Origin: Sphingomonadales bacterium | GTDB lineage: Bacteria > Pseudomonadota > Alphaproteobacteria > Sphingomonadales > Sphingomonadaceae | Assembly (NCBI GenBank): GCA_031408395.1 | Contig: JANNWO010000074.1 | Span: 234-64,233, forward strand | Reading direction: 5' to 3' | DNA: 64,000 nt | Shown: positions 8,011 through 15,690 of the stretch, piece after piece | Position numbering within the stretch: the stretch's first letter is position 1 | Layout: the number at the start of each line of letters is the position of its first letter | Notes under the pieces: generated by a model | The model's input: only the letters and a program-made list of their open reading frames with translations | The model's database searches: none | What the model was told of the DNA's origin: nothing | Position numbers and translations under genes: made by a program

Positions 8011-8045
8011 AAAAGGCGGCACTCCGCTGGGGAGGCCGCCTTTTT
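8011..8045. terminator. Bidirectional intrinsic terminator (GC-rich hairpin flanked by an A-tract and a T-tract)
   Basis: AAAA GGCGGCaCTCC gctgg GGAGGCCGCC TTTTT. The stem is 10 bp with one bulge and a 5-nt loop. On the minus strand it is followed by UUUUU. Confidence 0.6.
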
Positions 8046-8107
8046 GGCGAATCGCAGTTTTTCGACTATGCCTATCTCTAACCAGAGAGCGTCACGATGT
8101 CAAGAAC

Positions 8108-8128
8108 AAATAACCAAATTGGTTATTT
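8108..8128. promoter_or_regulatory. Perfect AT-rich palindrome AAATAACCAA-A-TTGGTTATTT; candidate protein-binding site
   Basis: 10-nt arms with a 1-nt spacer, 9 nt downstream of the spt stop. It is AT-rich in an otherwise GC-rich genome. A 1-nt loop makes an RNA hairpin role unlikely. Confidence 0.4.
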
Positions 8129-8136
8129 GACAGTCG

Positions 8137-9399
8137 TTAGATAATCCCGATCGCCTTGCCCGCCCGCTCGAACATACCGAGGATGGTCTGCACCTGTTCG
8201 GCCGTGTGCTCTGCGCACAGCGAACAGCGCAGCAGGGTCATGCCCGCCGGGGTCGCCGGGGGACGGGCGAGGTTGACGTACAGGCCCTCCTTGAGAAGCG
8301 CCTCCCACATCATCGCGCCCTTTTCGAGATCGGGCATGATCACCGCGATAATCGCGCTCTGCGCGGTGTCGGTGCCAAGCTTGAAGCCGAGCTCGCGCAT
8401 GCCCTTGTGCAGCGTGCGGCTGTTCTCCCACAGATGCGCGCGCTTGTTGCCGCCATGCATCAGCTTGCGGATCGAGGTGGCCGAGCTCGCCATAACTGCG
8501 GGCGGCAGCGCGGCAGTGAAGACGTAGGGTCGGCACACCAAGCGCATCACCTCGAACTTCGGGTGGTTCGAAACGCAGAAGCCGCCGACCGTGCCTACGC
8601 TCTTGGAGAAGGTGCCGATGATGAAGTCGACATCGTCCAGCACGCCCTGTTCCTCGGCAACGCCGCGGCCGTGTTCGCCAATGAAGCCCATCGAATGCGC
8701 CTCGTCGACCAGCACCATTGCGCCGTTTTCCTTGGCGATGCGGACCATCTCCTTGAGCGGCGCGACATCGCCCATCATCGAATAGACGCCTTCGAGTACC
8801 ACCAGCTTTCCGGCGCCCTCGGGGATGCGCTTGAGGCGCTTCTCCAGCGCCTCGACATCGTTGTGCCTGAACGGCACGACCTCGGCCTTGCCCATCGCGC
8901 AGCCGTCGTAGATCGAGGCATGGCTGTCGATGTCGAGGATGATGTAGTCACCCTTGCCCGCCAGCGTGGAAATGATCCCGAGATTGGCCTGGTAGCCAGT
9001 CGAGAAGACCATCGCGTGGTCCATCCCGTAGAACTCGCGCAGCGCCGTTTCGACATCGCGGTGATCGCGGAAGGTGCCGTTGAGCACGCGGCTGCCGGTG
9101 GTCCCGGCGCCGAATTCCTCCATCGCCCGCTTGCCTGCCTCGATCACGTCCGGATCGAAGGTCATGCCCATGTAGTTGTAGGTACCAAGCAGGATCGTGT
9201 CGCGACCGTTGCAGATCGCGCGGGTCGGCGAGAGGACCTCCTCCATGACGAGGTTGAACGGATCCTCCATGCCGGCAGAGAGCAGCGTCTCGCGGGTCTG
9301 GATGATCGGATCGAACTTCGACAGCAGGTCGACGGGCCCCGAGCCGGAGGCGGTGTCGCTGGTGGCGGCGGTCATGGTTTCGTTCATGGAAGTCGCCAT
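8137..9399 (-). CDS. spt: Serine palmitoyltransferase (alpha-oxoamine synthase family)
   Basis: 420 aa. PLP-lysine context GTFSKS. Length and sequence are close to the characterised sphingomonad SPT as I remember it. An ACP gene is adjacent. Confidence 0.9.
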   Translation of the reverse strand: MATSMNETMTAATSDTASGSGPVDLLSKFDPIIQTRETLLSAGMEDPFNLVMEEVLSPTRAICNGRDTILLGTYNYMGMTFDPDVIEAGKRAMEEFGAGTTGSRVLNGTFRDHRDVETALREFYGMDHAMVFSTGYQANLGIISTLAGKGDYIILDIDSHASIYDGCAMGKAEVVPFRHNDVEALEKRLKRIPEGAGKLVVLEGVYSMMGDVAPLKEMVRIAKENGAMVLVDEAHSMGFIGEHGRGVAEEQGVLDDVDFIIGTFSKSVGTVGGFCVSNHPKFEVMRLVCRPYVFTAALPPAVMASSATSIRKLMHGGNKRAHLWENSRTLHKGMRELGFKLGTDTAQSAIIAVIMPDLEKGAMMWEALLKEGLYVNLARPPATPAGMTLLRCSLCAEHTAEQVQTILGMFERAGKAIGII

Positions 9400-9401
9400 T
9401 A

Positions 9402-9644
9402 TCAGCTATCCTGCAGCTTGTGGACTGCCGCGACGAGCTGGCCCCAGTTTTCGATCTCGGCCTGCTGGTTCATGCTGATGAGGATGTCGAACTCGTCCTC
9501 GATTTCGGCGACGAAATCCATCACCGTCAGGCTGTCGAACTCGAAGTCGCCTGCGAAGGTGGTCGCGTCCTCGACGGCGATGCCCTTCTTGTTAAACGGC
9601 TCGACGAGGGCGCGAATACGACCATCAACGTCTGCGTGGCTCAT
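9402..9644 (-). CDS. Acyl carrier protein associated with sphingolipid synthesis
   Basis: Internal ATG at 9644 (MSHADVDGRI). Phosphopantetheine-attachment motif FEFDSLTVMDF. Lies 2 nt upstream of spt. Confidence 0.85.
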   Translation of the reverse strand: MSHADVDGRIRALVEPFNKKGIAVEDATTFAGDFEFDSLTVMDFVAEIEDEFDILISMNQQAEIENWGQLVAAVHKLQDS

Positions 9645-9767
9645 GGCGCGGGGTGCTTTCTGAGGATCGGTTGTCGGGCGGGCTTTCACCAGTTATTACG
9701 GTTGCAAAGCGGCCAATGATGCAGCTTGTCAAGCTTTCGCCGTGCTGCAAGCATCCTGGGGGATATC

Positions 9768-10355
9768 ATGGCCGACAATGCGACGCAGCCCGCACTCGAG
9801 GTCGATCCGGCCGGGGCCGCGCCTTCGATGCCTTCGCCTTCGGGCTATTCGAACCATGCGATCCACCTGTTGCGTACCAGTCAGCAGATGAACCTGACGC
9901 TGAGCCAGATGGCCGACGCGAAGGCCTCGATCCTGATGGGAGCGACCTTCCTCGTATTCACAATCGCAGTAGGGCAGGCGAGAAACGGCGCGCTGCCGTG
10001 GTCGCTTGCCGTGCTGGCGTTGTTCGCCTTCATCTCAGCGATGTGTGCGGTCTTTGCGGTGCTGCCCTCGGTCAGCAGCCCGAACTCGGCAAAGCCCAAT
10101 GACGGCAAGCCGAACAAACTGTTCTTCGGCTATTTCACCTCCGTGGAAGAGGCAGAGTGGACCGACAGCATCCTCGCCGAGCTGCGCGCGGACGAGACGG
10201 TGTTCCGCACCATGCTCCGCGATATCTACCAGAACGGGCAGGTGCTCCAGCGAAAGAAGTATAAGTACCTCGCCTACGCCTACAAGAGCTTTATGGCAGG
10301 CCTCACCCTGACTGCGATCACCTTCGCGGTCGAATACACCATGAGCCTCGGCTGA
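9768..10355 (+). CDS. DUF5706 / Pycsar-effector-like membrane protein
   Basis: ATG at 9768 follows GGGGGA. MADAKASILMGATFLVF (AD.KA motif followed by a TM helix), a second TM helix, and a C-terminal TM helix. No cyclase gene nearby. Confidence 0.5.
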   Translation: MADNATQPALEVDPAGAAPSMPSPSGYSNHAIHLLRTSQQMNLTLSQMADAKASILMGATFLVFTIAVGQARNGALPWSLAVLALFAFISAMCAVFAVLPSVSSPNSAKPNDGKPNKLFFGYFTSVEEAEWTDSILAELRADETVFRTMLRDIYQNGQVLQRKKYKYLAYAYKSFMAGLTLTAITFAVEYTMSLG

Positions 10356-10368
10356 CGCCCGACGCCTC

Positions 10369-10731
10369 TCAAACGAGCGCGTTCACCGCGCTCATGAATG
10401 GGCCGATCGAAACCGGCTTCGACAGGTAGCCCTCGGCCCCCGCCGCGCGGATGCGTTCCTCGTCGCCCTTGGCGGCGAAGGCCGTCACCGCCAGCACCGG
10501 GATCCCGCAGAGCCCGCGGTCGCGCTTGGCCGCCTCGATCAGGTCGACGCCCGAGATTCCGCCTAGCTGGATATCCATGATGATCAAATCGGGCAAGCAG
10601 AGGCGCGCCGTGTCGAGGACCTTGTCGCCGTCGGCAACCGGCTCCACCTCGAAGCCATTGGCCCGAAGCACGTCGCAGAACAATTTCCGGTTGAGGTCAT
10701 TGTCCTCGACAACCATGATCCGCTTTGTCAC
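10369..10731 (-). CDS. divK: Single-domain response regulator, DivK-like
   Basis: VTKRIMVVEDNDLNRKLF..PDLIIMDIQLGGISG..AVTAFAAKGDEERI..GYLSKP closely parallels Caulobacter DivK. In-frame GTG at 10731 (alternative ATG at 10716). The track's longer N-terminus is unsupported. Confidence 0.85.
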   Translation of the reverse strand: MTKRIMVVEDNDLNRKLFCDVLRANGFEVEPVADGDKVLDTARLCLPDLIIMDIQLGGISGVDLIEAAKRDRGLCGIPVLAVTAFAAKGDEERIRAAGAEGYLSKPVSIGPFMSAVNALV

Positions 10732-10787
10732 TGATCGCCCCGCTTGCCGCCCGACCGTTGCACTAGACCCACAAGAAGGACAGGACA

Positions 10788-11063
10788 ATCCCGCTTCGCC
10801 CCTCATCGCAAAGCCCAAATCCGCAGGCACTCGCACTGGCGGCGCTCGGCTGGCTGCTGGAGAGCGAGGATCGCGCCCAGCGCTACCTTGAACTTACCGG
10901 TCTCGATCCCGATTCTCTGAGGAGCGGCCTTGGTGATCCCATGATCCTCGCCTCGGCGCTCGAATTCCTCGCCAATCACGAACCTGACCTGATCCGCGCC
11001 GCGGAGGCGCTAGCCGTCACCCCGGAGGAACTGGTCGCCGCCAAGGACGTCCTTAATCCATGA
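10788..11063 (+). CDS. DUF3572 family protein; start codon unresolved
   Basis: Frame is open from 10767 to the TGA at 11061-11063. Translation reads ..QALALAALGWLLESEDRAQRYLELTGLDPDSLRSGL..HEPDLIRAAEALAVTPEEL. There is no in-frame ATG, GTG or TTG, which is why it is missing from the ORF track. AAGGACAGGA precedes an ATC at 10788. The stop overlaps the next gene's start. Confidence 0.6.
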   Translation: MPLRPSSQSPNPQALALAALGWLLESEDRAQRYLELTGLDPDSLRSGLGDPMILASALEFLANHEPDLIRAAEALAVTPEELVAAKDVLNP

Positions 11064-11680
11064 ACCGCCCCCTCATTATCAGCGATTGCGACGAAGTGCT
11101 GCTGCACATGGTCGCGCCCTTCAAGGACTGGCTGGCTGCAAGCCAAGGGGTCAGTTTCCATCTTGAGGGCCACAATTTCGCCGAAGCCCTGCGCTGGCAG
11201 GAAAGCGGCGAGCTGCTTGCCCCGCCCGATATCTGGAAAATGCTCGGCCGCTTCTTCGACAACGAGATGGACTCGCAGATGCCGATTGCAGGTGCGGTGG
11301 AAGGCATCAACACGCTGGCCGAAAAGGCCGATGTGGTGATCCTGACCAACCTCGTCGATGCCCACCGCGATGCCCGCGCCGAGCAGCTTGCCAAGGTCGG
11401 TATCCACGCCCGCGTCTTCACCAACCAGGGCCCCAAAGGCCCCGCGCTGAAGGCGATCATCGACGAATATGCGCCGACAAAGGCGCTGTTCATCGACGAT
11501 CTCGCTCAGCATCATGCCTCGGTTGCCGAGATCACCCCGCAGGTCACGCGCCTGCACCTGTGCGGCGAACCGATGATCGCCCACGCTATTGATTGCGCCC
11601 ACAAGGCCGGCCACGCCGAAGCACGGATCGACCGCTGGGACGAAGCCCTGCCGTGGCTGCTCGAAAGGTTGGAGGACTGA
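11060..11680 (+). CDS. HAD-superfamily hydrolase
   Basis: N-terminal LIISDCDEVL (DxDx motif), VILTN and FIDD motifs. Confidence 0.7.
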   Translation: MNRPLIISDCDEVLLHMVAPFKDWLAASQGVSFHLEGHNFAEALRWQESGELLAPPDIWKMLGRFFDNEMDSQMPIAGAVEGINTLAEKADVVILTNLVDAHRDARAEQLAKVGIHARVFTNQGPKGPALKAIIDEYAPTKALFIDDLAQHHASVAEITPQVTRLHLCGEPMIAHAIDCAHKAGHAEARIDRWDEALPWLLERLED

Positions 11681-11681
11681 A

Positions 11682-12137
11682 ATGACGATTACCGCGAAAC
11701 TGGCCGAACTCGGCATCACCCTGCCCAAGGCCGCCGCGCCGGTGGCGAGCTATGTGCCGATTGTCGTGCATGGCGGCTTCGCCCATATCTCGGGCCAGCT
11801 GCCCTTCGTCGATGGCGTGGTCGTCAAGGGCCGGCTGGGCGATGACGTGAGCGTCGAGGCCGGACAGGCCGCCGCGCGCGCGTGCGCGCTGATGATCGTC
11901 GCGCAGCTGGAGGCGGCGGGCCTGCTCGAGCGGGTCGAGCGGATCGTCAAGCTCGGCGCCTTCATCAACTGCACCGCAGACTTCACCGATCAGCCCGAGG
12001 TTGCCAATGGCGCGTCGGATCTGATGGAGCAGGTCTTCGGCGACGCTGGCAAGCACGCCCGCGCGGCGGTTGGCGTGCCCGCACTGCCTCGCGGCGCGGC
12101 GGTCGAGGTTGATGCGGTGGTCGCCCTCAAGGCATGA
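11682..12137 (+). CDS. RidA/YjgF family protein
   Basis: Internal ATG at 11682 (MTITAKLAELGITLP). Motifs ISGQLP and PRGAAVEVDAVV. Confidence 0.8.
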   Translation: MTITAKLAELGITLPKAAAPVASYVPIVVHGGFAHISGQLPFVDGVVVKGRLGDDVSVEAGQAAARACALMIVAQLEAAGLLERVERIVKLGAFINCTADFTDQPEVANGASDLMEQVFGDAGKHARAAVGVPALPRGAAVEVDAVVALKA

Positions 12138-12862
12138 CGCCGCGCGCGGCACCCGACTGGCTGACCGCGTGGGAATTCGCCCACCGCGGGCTGCACAATG
12201 AGGGCGTGCCGGAAAACTCGCTGGCGGGCGCCGAGGGCGCGATCGCGGCGGGGATGGGGATTGAGTGCGACATCCAGCGCAGCAGCGACGATCACCCGAT
12301 TGTGTTCCACGACTGGGAGCTTGAGCGGCTGACGGGCGAGAAGGGCGAGACCGAACTTTGGACCGCCGAGGCGCTTGAGGCGCTAAGCCTGCTCGGAACC
12401 GATCAGCGTCCGGTCAAGCTCGCGGCTTTCCTTGAGAAGGTGGCGGGCCGGGCGCCGCTGCTGATCGAGATCAAGTCTCTGCCGGGCTATGATGTCGAGT
12501 GGACGTGCGCCTCTGTCGCATGGCTGCTTGACGCCTACTTTGGCGCCGTTGCGGTTATGAGCTTTGACCCCCGCGTGCCAATCTGGTTCTCTAAGAATGC
12601 CCTCGCTACCCCGCGCGGGCTGGTTGGTACCGATTCATTCGAGAACGGCTTCGAGGGCGTGTGGCGCGATCCCGTCGCTCTCGCCGCGGCGCAGCCCGAC
12701 TTTCTCGCCATCGACGTGCGCGACCTCGCGCGGCCCGAGGCGGCGGCGTGGCGTTCGCAAAACCGTCCGCTGCTCACATGGACGGTCCGCTCGCCTGAAA
12801 CCCGCACCATCGGGCTTGCCCATGCCGATGCACTGATTGCCGAAGGAGCGGGCCTCGCGTGA
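12134..12862 (+). CDS. Glycerophosphodiester phosphodiesterase family protein
   Basis: FAHRGLH..PENSL..ECDIQ...D..IVFHD motifs. ATGA overlap with the upstream gene. Confidence 0.8.
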   Translation: MTPRAAPDWLTAWEFAHRGLHNEGVPENSLAGAEGAIAAGMGIECDIQRSSDDHPIVFHDWELERLTGEKGETELWTAEALEALSLLGTDQRPVKLAAFLEKVAGRAPLLIEIKSLPGYDVEWTCASVAWLLDAYFGAVAVMSFDPRVPIWFSKNALATPRGLVGTDSFENGFEGVWRDPVALAAAQPDFLAIDVRDLARPEAAAWRSQNRPLLTWTVRSPETRTIGLAHADALIAEGAGLA

Positions 12863-13995
12863 GCGAGCCGGAGTTCACCGTGCGCATCGCCTCGTCGGTT
12901 GCCAGTTTCGAACGTGAGGAGTGGAATGCGCTCGGCGGGGCCGACAACCCCTTCGTGTCTCACGAATTCCTGACAGCGATGGAGGATTCCGGTAGCGTCG
13001 GCCCCGGCACCGGCTGGGAGCCTGCGCCCATCGCCGTCACGGACGAGGCGGGCAGGCTGCTCGCGGCCATGCCCGCCTACGCCAAGGGGCATTCTCAGGG
13101 CGAATATGTCTTCGATCATGCGTGGGCCGACGCATGGCACCGCGCAGGGGGACGCTATTACCCCAAGCTCCAGATCGCGGCGCCCTTCACTCCGGCGACT
13201 GGCCCGCGCCTGCTGCTCAGCGACCCGAGCCTCGCGCCGCACCTGCTGAAGGGCGCCGAGGCGGTGTGCCTTCAGAACAAAATGTCCTCGGCCCACGCGA
13301 CCTTTCTCGACCCGGAGCAATTGCCCTTGTTCGAAGAAGCCGGCTGGATGCCGCGCTCCGATATCCAGTTCCACTGGTTCAACCGCGGCTATCAGACCTT
13401 CGAGGATTTCCTCGGCGCGCTCTCATCGCGAAAGCGCAAGGATCTGCGCAAGGAGCGCGCGGCGGCGGTAGAGGGCCTCACTATCCGGCACTTCACCGGC
13501 GCGGAAATCCGCGAGGAGCATTGGGACGCCTTCTGGGTGTTTTATCAGGATACGGGCGCGCGCAAATGGGGGAGCCCGTACCTCACCCGCGAGGCCTTTA
13601 GCCTACTGGGCGAGCGGATGGGGGAGCGGATCGTGCTGATCCTCGCCTATGACGGCGCGGAGGCGATCGCGGGGGCGCTCAATTTCATTGGCAAGGACGC
13701 GCTCTACGGGCGTTACTGGGGCTGCACGCGCGAGGTGCGCTTCCTGCATTTCGAGCTGTGCTACTACCGGGCCATCGATATCGCGATCGCGAAGGGGCTG
13801 GCGCGGGTCGAGGCGGGAGCGCAGGGCGGGCACAAGCTCGCCCGGGGCTATGAGCCGGTGCAGACATGGTCGGCGCACTGGATCGCCGATCCGGGTTTTC
13901 GCGCGGCGGTCGCCGATTTTCTCGAACGCGAGCGGGAAGGCGTGGCGAGCGACCAGCTCTACCTCGGCTCACGCACACCGTTCCGCAAAGAGTAA
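12859..13995 (+). CDS. GNAT/FemAB-like N-acetyltransferase (COG3146-type)
   Basis: 378 aa. GTG start overlaps the GDPD stop. Conserved YYRAIDIAI..GLARVEAGAQG.HK..RGY C-terminal region. Confidence 0.65.
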   Translation: MSEPEFTVRIASSVASFEREEWNALGGADNPFVSHEFLTAMEDSGSVGPGTGWEPAPIAVTDEAGRLLAAMPAYAKGHSQGEYVFDHAWADAWHRAGGRYYPKLQIAAPFTPATGPRLLLSDPSLAPHLLKGAEAVCLQNKMSSAHATFLDPEQLPLFEEAGWMPRSDIQFHWFNRGYQTFEDFLGALSSRKRKDLRKERAAAVEGLTIRHFTGAEIREEHWDAFWVFYQDTGARKWGSPYLTREAFSLLGERMGERIVLILAYDGAEAIAGALNFIGKDALYGRYWGCTREVRFLHFELCYYRAIDIAIAKGLARVEAGAQGGHKLARGYEPVQTWSAHWIADPGFRAAVADFLEREREGVASDQLYLGSRTPFRKE

Positions 13996-14325
13996 TCAGG
14001 CGGCGCGCAGGCGGCCTTCGGCGAGCCACTGGCGGGCGCGGCGCTGGGCTTCGGCGATTTCGCGGGCGGTCATCTCTTCGGAAATGTCGGCGCGGCAATG
14101 GCCGGCTTCCTCGTGGCCGCGGGCGGCGGCAAGGTTGAACCACTTGTGTGCCTCGATCAGATCGCAGAGCGCGCCGCTGCTACCCGTCGAGTAGGCCACC
14201 CCCAGGTCGAAGCAGGCCCCTGCTTGACCCTGTCCAGCCTCTGCCAGCCACGCTCCAAGCAGGCTGTTGATCAATGTTTCGCGTGAAACATCGCTGTGTT
14301 TTGCGGCAATCGCGATAATGGTCAT
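13996..14325 (-). CDS. Sel1-repeat protein
   Basis: ACFDLGVAYSTG.....DLIEAHKWFNLAAARGH is a Sel1/TPR-like repeat. Its stop directly abuts the convergent GNAT stop. Confidence 0.7.
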   Translation of the reverse strand: MTIIAIAAKHSDVSRETLINSLLGAWLAEAGQGQAGACFDLGVAYSTGSSGALCDLIEAHKWFNLAAARGHEEAGHCRADISEEMTAREIAEAQRRARQWLAEGRLRAA

Positions 14326-14597
14326 GTCGAAGTCCCCTCAGTCACCAGATCGCCCCCCAGGCGACCCTCCGTGACCGAGAAGTGCGGTCTTTATGGTCAA
14401 AAATTAGTTAACGCTGTTTGCAGTTTATTTGGGGAAGGCTTTTGCCCGCCTCCTTGCCAAAGCCGCTTGTGCGCCTCTGGGGCCGGCCCTATAGGCGGCG
14501 CATTGCTTCAGCTTGCTGGGACCAAGTGAGCCAATGGAAAAATTCAGATGTCAGGACGCGATGGCCTTCCCAGCGGCTCATGGGATGAGAGAGCTTG

Positions 14598-15056
14598 ATG
14601 CCAACCACCGCGTCTGACGACATTGATATCCTCGAAAAAGCCAAGCGCCTGATCGCGCCGGACTATGTCCCGAGCGAGGACGAGGCCTATATGAACGATC
14701 GCCAGCAGGCGTATTTCCGCATGCTGCTGATAGAATGGAAGCGCTCGATCCATTCCGCCGCGGGGCAAACCCTGCAATCTCTGCAGGACGGCCCGATACG
14801 CGAAGCCGACCTCACCGACCGCGCGTCGAGCGAGACCGACTGGGGCATCGAGCTGCGCACCCGCGACCGCCAGCGCAAACTGGTTTCCAAGATCGACGCG
14901 GCGCTGCGCCGGATCGACTCTGGCGAATATGGCTATTGCGAGGTGACCGGTGATCCGATCGGCTTGCGCCGCCTGATCGCCCGTCCCGTCGCGACGATGA
15001 CAGTCGAGGCGCAGGAAGCCCACGAACGCCGCGAGAAGGTCTCGCGCGACGATTGA
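14598..15056 (+). CDS. dksA: RNA polymerase-binding transcription factor DksA (single-cysteine type)
   Basis: Coiled-coil tip DLTDRAS. C-terminus YGYCEVTGDPIGLRRLIARPVATMTVEAQ. ATG at 14598 follows GGGATGAGAGAG. Confidence 0.88.
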   Translation: MPTTASDDIDILEKAKRLIAPDYVPSEDEAYMNDRQQAYFRMLLIEWKRSIHSAAGQTLQSLQDGPIREADLTDRASSETDWGIELRTRDRQRKLVSKIDAALRRIDSGEYGYCEVTGDPIGLRRLIARPVATMTVEAQEAHERREKVSRDD

Positions 15057-15240
15057 GCGGTAAGCCGGGCTGGGCAGGCTGTGCCGCGCTGGGACACCTT
15101 CGCAAGAAGCCACCGGCCTCGCACTCTTGCTTTACCACCCGTTTACCCAGAACCGGGCAAAGCTGATCTCTCACGGTAGCCATGCGGCGGCCGTGATCGG
15201 GCAATCCAGTACTATATTTCGAACGAGGAGGCGACGGCGC

Positions 15241-15618
15241 ATGACAGGGGTTGAGACACGCAGCGTCGCGCGCGACAGCCTGTTTCTGCTGGCTGACATC
15301 CGTATCGAGCAAGGTGCCGACGTTCATCGGGTGAGGGTTCGTAATCTCTCCGATGGGGGCATGATGGGCGAAGGTCACCTGCGCGTTCAGCGCGGGCACC
15401 GCGTGTCGGTGGAACTTCGCAACATCGGATCGGTGGGCGGGACAGTTGCCTGGGTTCAGGACAGTCGATTCGGCGTCGCGTTCGACGAGGAAATCGATTC
15501 GCAGAAGGCACGTCGCCCGCTCCAGACGGAAGAAGGTCCGGATGCTGCTGCCGTGCAGCCCTCGTGGGCTCACCGCGCTCCGCCTCCGCCCCAGGCGACC
15601 CGGCTGCGCAAGATCTGA
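15241..15618 (+). CDS. PilZ domain protein
   Basis: ATG at 15241 follows GAGGAGG. R....RVRNLSDGGMM and GTVAWV..RFGVAF motifs. Confidence 0.75.
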   Translation: MTGVETRSVARDSLFLLADIRIEQGADVHRVRVRNLSDGGMMGEGHLRVQRGHRVSVELRNIGSVGGTVAWVQDSRFGVAFDEEIDSQKARRPLQTEEGPDAAAVQPSWAHRAPPPPQATRLRKI

Positions 15619-15690
15619 TCTTTTAATTCCGAGATAGCCCGACTTTACGGTCTGCAACACGCTGACCGCGGGGTTTTGACCTGCTAGGTA

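Noticed and set aside
1-8011. Interpretation as an intact or defective prophage
   Set aside because: There are no integrase, repressor, replication, lysis or att-like repeats in or beside the cluster. The tape measure is very short, composition is host-like, and the organisation is typical of GTAs. The left boundary is outside the window, so this call is not absolute.
8046-8137. CtrA box (TTAA-N7-TTAA) or alphaproteobacterial LexA box (GAAC-N7-GTTC) upstream of GTA g1
   Set aside because: I read both strands and found only TAACC-type half-sites and a lone GAAC. There is no correctly spaced pair.
9768-10355. A complete Pycsar (cyclic pyrimidine) defence operon
   Set aside because: No nucleotide cyclase gene is adjacent on either side. 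The neighbours are ACP/spt and divK. Only the effector-like membrane protein is present.
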